64,000 nucleotides of DNA, taken from Eledone cirrhosa (lineage: Eukaryota). The DNA is taken from the NCBI GenBank assembly GCA_964016885.1, contig OZ024742.1:341620001-341684000 (forward strand), read 5' to 3'. The notes under the pieces were generated by a model. That model worked only from the letters and a program-made list of their open reading frames with translations, made no database searches and was not told the DNA's origin. Each line of letters starts with the position of its first letter. Within the stretch, counting starts at the first letter, position 1. A program made the translations under genes and the position numbers. Of the stretch, positions 58,240-64,000 are shown piece by piece.

Positions 58240-61200
58240 CTTCATTACAATATTTACTAAAACCCTGTTTCACTCTACACGGTACATCAGTGTTCTATCG
58301 AGAGTGTTAGCTTCATTACAATATTTAGTAAAACCCTGTTTCACGCTACACGGTACACCAGTCTTCTATGGATAGTGTTAACTTCATTACAATATTTATT
58401 AAAACCCTGTTTCACTCTACACGGTACATCAGTGTTCTATCGAGAGTGTTAGCTTCATTACAATATTTAGTAAAACCCTGTTTCACTCTACACAGTACAT
58501 CAGTGTTCTATCGAGAGTGTAGCTTCATTACAATATTTATTAAAACCCTGTTTCACTCTACACGGTACATCAGTGCTCTATCGAGAGCGTTAGCTTCATT
58601 ACAATATTTATTAAAACCCTGTTTCACTCTACACGGTACATCAGTGTTCTATTGAGAGTGTTAGCTTCATTACAATATTTATTAAAACCCTGTTTCACTC
58701 TACACGGTACATCAGTGTTCTATCGAGAGTGTTAACTTCATTACAATATTTAGTAAGACCCTGTTTCACTCTACACGGTACATCAGTGTTCTATCGAGAG
58801 TGTAGCTTCATTACAATATTTATTAAAACCCTGTTTCACTCTACACGGTACATCAGTGTTCTATCGAGAGTGTAGCTTCATTACAATATTTATTAAAACC
58901 CTGTTTCACTCTACACGGTACATCAGTGTTCTATCGAGAGTGTTAGCTTCATTACAATATTTAGTAAGACCCTGTTTCACTCTACACGGTACATCAGTGT
59001 TCTATCGAGAGTGTAGCTTCATTACAATATTTATTAAAACCCTGTTTCACTCTACACGGTACACCAGTATTCTATCGAGAGTGTTAGCTTTATAACAATA
59101 TTTAGTAAAACCCTGTTTCACTCTACACGGTACATCAGTGTTCTATCGAGAGTGTTAGCTTCATTACAATATTTAGTAAAACCCTGTTTCACTCTACACG
59201 GTACATCAGTGCTCTATCTAGAGTGTTAGCTTCATTACAATATTTAGTAAAACCCTGTTTCACTCTACACGGTACATCAGTGCTCTATCGAGAGTGTTAG
59301 CTTCATTAAAATATTTAGTAAAACCCTGTTTCACTCTACACGATACACCAGTCTTCTATGGAGAGTGTTAACTTCATTACAATATTTATTAAAACCCTGG
59401 TTCACTCTACACGGTACATCAGTGTTCTATCAAGAGTGTTAGCTTCATTACAATATTTAGTAAAACCCTGTTTCACTCTACACGGTACATCAGTGTTCTA
59501 TCGAGAGTGTTAGCTTTATAACAATATTTAGTAAAACCCTGTTTCACTCTACACGGTACATCAGTGCTCTATCTAGAGTGTTAGCTTCATTACAATATTT
59601 ATTAAAACCCTGTTTCACTCTACACGGTACATCAGTGTTCTATCGAAAGTGTAGCTTCATTACAATATTTATTAAAACCCTGTTTCACTATACACGGTAC
59701 ATCAGTACTCTATCGAGAGTGTTAGCTTCATTACAATATTTATTAAAACCCTGTTTCAGTCTACACGGTACATCAGTGTTCTATCGAGAGTGTTAGCTTT
59801 ATAACAATATTTAGTAAAACCCTGTTTCACTCTACACGGTACATCAGTGTTCTATCGAGAGTGTAGCTTCATTACAATATTTATTATAACCCTGTTTCAC
59901 TATACACGGTACATCAGTACTCTATCGAGAGTGTTAGCTTCATTACAATATTTAGTAAAACCCTGTTTCACTCTACACGGTACATCAGTGCTCTATCGAG
60001 AGTGGTAGCTTTATAACAATATTTATTAAAACCCTGTTTCACTCTACACGGTAGATCAGTGTTCTATCGAGAGTGTTAGCTTCATTACAATATTTAGTAA
60101 AACCATGTTTCACTCTACACGGTACACCAGTGTTCTATCGAGAGTGTTAGCTTCATTATAATATTTAGTAAAACCCTGTTTCACTCTACACGGTACATCA
60201 GTGTTCTATCGAGAGTGTTAGCATCATTACAATATTTAGTAAAACCCTGTTTCACTCTACACGGTACACCAGTCTTCTATGGGGAGTGTTAACTTCATTA
60301 CAATATTTATTAAAACCCTGTTTCACTCTACACGGTACACCAATATTCTATGGAGAGTGTTAACTTCATTACAATATTTATTAAAACCCTGGTTCACTCT
60401 ACACGGTACATCAGTGTTCTATCGAGAGCGTTAGCTTCATTACAATATTTATTAAAACCCTGTTTCACTCTACACGGTACATCAGTGTTCTATTGAGAGT
60501 GTTAGCTTCATTACAATATTTAGTAAAACCTTGTTTCACTCTACACGATACACCAATCTTCTATGGAGAGTGTTAACTTCATTACAATATTTATTAAAAC
60601 CCTGGTTCACTCTACACGGTACATCAGTGTTCTATCGAGAGTGTTAGCTTCATTACCATATTTAGTAAAACCCTGTTTCACTCTACACGGTACATCAGTG
60701 TTCTATCGAGAGAGTTAGCTTTATAACAATATTTAGTAAAACCCTGTTTCACTCTACACGGTACATCAGTGCTCTATCGAGTGTGTTAGCTTCATTACAA
60801 TATTTATTAAAACCCTGTTTCACTCTACACGGTACATCAGTGTTCTATCGAGAGTGTAGCTTCATTACAATATTTATTAAAACCCTGTTTCACTCTACAC
60901 GGTACATCAGTGCTCTATCGAGAGTGTTAGCTTCATTACAATATTTAGTAAAACCCTGTTTCACTCTACACGGTACATCAGTGCTCTATCGAGAGTGTTA
61001 GCTTCATTACAATATTTATTAAAACCCTGTTTCACTCTACACGGTACATCAGTGCTCTATCGAGAGTGGTAGCTTTATAACAATATTTATTAAAACCCTG
61101 TTTCACTCTACACGGTAGATCAGTGTTCTATCGAGAGTGTTAGCTTCATTACAATATTTAGTAAAACCATGTTTCGCTCTACACGGTACACCAGTGTTCT

Positions 61201-64000
61201 ATCGAGAGTGTTAGCTTCATTACAATATTTAGTAAAACCCTGTTTCACTCTACACGGTACATCAGTGTTCTATCGAGAGTGTTAGCTTCATTACAATATT
61301 TAGTAAAACCCTGTTTCACTCTACACGGTACACCAGTCTTCTATGGGGAGTGTTAACTTCATTACAATATTTATTAAAACCCTGTTTCACTCTACACGGT
61401 ACATCAGTGTTCTATCGAGAGTGTTAGCTTCATTACAATAATTAGTAAAACCCTGTTTCACTATACACGGTACACCAGTCTTCTATGGAGAGTGTTAACT
61501 TCATTACAATATTTATTAAAACCCTGTTTTACTGTACACGGTACACCAGTGTTCTATCGAGAGTGTTAGCTTCATTACAATATTTATTAAAACCCTGTTT
61601 CACTCTACACGGTACACCAGTGTTCTATCGAGAGTGTTAGCTTCATTACAATATTTAGTAAAACCCTGTTTCACTCTACTCGGTACATTAGTGTTCTATC
61701 GAGAGTGTTAGCTTCAATACAATATTTAGTAAAACCCTGTTTCACTCTACACGGTACATCAGTGTTCTATCGAGAGTGTTAGCTTCATTACAATATTTAG
61801 TAAAACCCTGTTTCACTCTACACGGTACATTAGTGCTCTATCGAGAGTGTTAGCTTTCCAACAACATTTATTAAAACCCTGTTTCACTCTACACGGTACA
61901 CCAGTGCCCTATCGGGAGTGTTAGCTTCATTACAATATTTAGTAAAACCCTGTTTCACTCTACACGGTACATCAGTGTTCTATCGAGAGTGTTAGCTTCA
62001 TTACAATATTTAGTAAAACCCTGTTTCACTCTACACGGTACATCAGTGTTATATCGAGAGTGTTAGCTTCATTAGAATATTTAGTAAAATCCTGTTTCAC
62101 TCTACACGGTACATCAGTGTTCTATCGAGAGTGTTAGCTTCATTACAATATTTAGTAAAACCCTGTTTCACTCTACACGGTACATTAGTGCTCTATCGAG
62201 AGTGTTAGCTTTATAACAATATTTATTAAAACCCTGTTTTACTCTACACGGTACATCAGTGCTCTATCGAGAGTGTTAGCTTTATAACAGTATTTATTAA
62301 AACCCTGTTTCATTCTACACGGTACATCAGTGTTCTATCGAGAGTGTTAGCTTCATTACAGTATTTAGTAAAACCCTGTTTCACTCTACACGGTACATCA
62401 GTGTTCTATCGAGAGTGTAGCTTCATTACAATATTTATTAAAACCCTGTTTCACTCTACACGGTACATCAGTGTTCTATCGAGAGTGTTAGCTTCATTAC
62501 CATATTTATTAAAACCCTGTTTCACTCTACACGGTACACCAGTCTTCTATGGAGAGTGTTAACTTCATTACAATATTTATTAAAACCCTGTTTCACTCAA
62601 CACGGTACATCAGTGTTCTATCGAGAGTGTTAGCTTCATTACAATATTTATTTAAACCCTGTTTCACTCTACACGGTACATCAGTGCCCTATCGAGAGTG
62701 TTAACTTCATTACAATTTTTAGTAAAACCCTGTTTCACTCTACACGGTACATCAGTGCTCTATCAAGTGTGTTAGCTTCATTACAATATTTATTAAAACC
62801 CTGTTTCACTCTACACGGTACATCAGTGTTCTATCGAGAGTGTTAGCTTCATTACAATATTTATTAAAACCCTGTTTCACTCTACACGGTACATCAGTGT
62901 TCTATCGAGAGTGTAGCTTCATTACAATATTTATTAAAACCCTGTTTCACTATACACGGTACATCAGTACTCTATCGAGAGTGTTAGATTCATTACAATA
63001 TTTATTAAAACCCTGTTTCAGTCTACACGGTACATCAGTGTTCTATCGAGAGTGTTAGCTTTATAACAATATTTAGTAAAACCCTGTTTCACTCTACACG
63101 GTACATCAGTGTTCTATCGAGAGTGTAGCTTCATTACAATATTTATTATAACCCTGTTTCACTATACACGGTACATCAGTACTCTATCGAGAGTGTTAGC
63201 TTCATTACAATATTTAGTAAAACCCTGTTTCACTCTACACGGTACATCAGTGCTCTATCGAGAGTGGTAGCTTTATAACAATATTTATTAAAACCCTGTT
63301 TCACTCTACACGGTAGATCAGTGTTCTATCGAGAGGGTTAGCTTCATTACAATATTTAGTAAAACCATGTTTCACTCTACACGGTACACCAGTGTTCTAT
63401 CGAGAGTGTTAGCTTCATTATAATATTTAGTAAAACCCTGTTTCACTCTACACGGTACATCAGTGTTCTATCGAGAGTGTTAGCATCATTACAATATTTA
63501 GTAAAACCCTGTTTCAATCTACACGGTACACCAGCCTTCTGTGGGGAGTGTTAACTTCATTACAATATTTATTAAAACGCTGTTTCACTCTACACGGTAC
63601 ATCAGTGTTCTATCGAGAGTGTTAGCTTCATTACAATATTTAGTAAAACCCTGTTTCACTCTACACGGTACATCGAGAGTGTAGCTTCATTACAATATTT
63701 ATTAAAACCCTGTTTCACTCTACACGGTACACCAATCTTCTATGGAGAGTGTTAACTTCATTACAATATTTATTAAAACCCTGGTTCACTCTACACGGTA
63801 CATCAGTGTTCTATCGAGAGCGTTAGCTTCATTACAATATTTATTAAAACCCTGTTTCACTCTACACGGTACATCAGTGTTCTATTGAGAGTGTTAGCTT
63901 CATTACAATATTTAGTAAAAGCTTGTTTCACTCTACACGATACACCAATCTTCTATGGAGAGTGTTAACTTCATTACAATATTTATTAAAACCCTGGTTC
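58240..64000. repeat. 71-bp satellite (some 70-bp units), ~81 copies, continuing past the window end
   Basis: Unit TTCATTACAATATTTA(G/T)TAAAACCCTGTTTCACTCTACACGGTACATCAGTGTTCTATCGAGAGTGTTAGC; starts at 58241, 58312. Confidence 0.98.

Noticed and set aside
58169-63058. Repeated 68-95 aa ORFs in the 71-bp satellite
   Set aside because: The unit length is not a multiple of 3; the ORFs are incidental.
56806-64000. CRISPR-like appearance of the 61- and 71-bp arrays
   Set aside because: Units are head-to-tail with no unique spacers, there are no cas genes, and the context is eukaryotic.

Overview
Repeat-saturated, AT-rich animal genomic DNA, most likely an octopus/cephalopod. That is inferred from the tRNA-derived SINE families, the extreme microsatellite density and the retroelement types; it was not verified. 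I recognise no host protein-coding gene. 1-21.9 kb is a mosaic of transposon copies among (TA)n, (CA)n and (CATA)n microsatellites. It includes an uninterrupted but 5'-truncated Penelope-like RT + GIY-YIG ORF (1723-3609) with an inverted pseudo-LTR carrying a minimal hammerhead ribozyme motif. It also holds a second degenerate Penelope fragment, an RTE-type 3' end with three C2H2 fingers, an R4/Dong-like RLE element split into convergent halves, L1/Tx1 remnants, a mariner fragment and two SINE families. 21996-55517 is a ~33.5-kb (ACACCAACA)n satellite with kilobase-scale higher-order duplications; it stays in one Thr/Pro reading frame for ~17.6 kb. The end of the window holds a 61-bp minisatellite and a 71-bp satellite running off the edge. 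Nearly all other supplied ORFs are low-complexity artefacts. The best leads are the hammerhead-associated Penelope structures (including a fold-back whose apex sits at the predicted cleavage site), the outward-primed RLE element and the giant frame-preserving satellite with its palindromic boundary.
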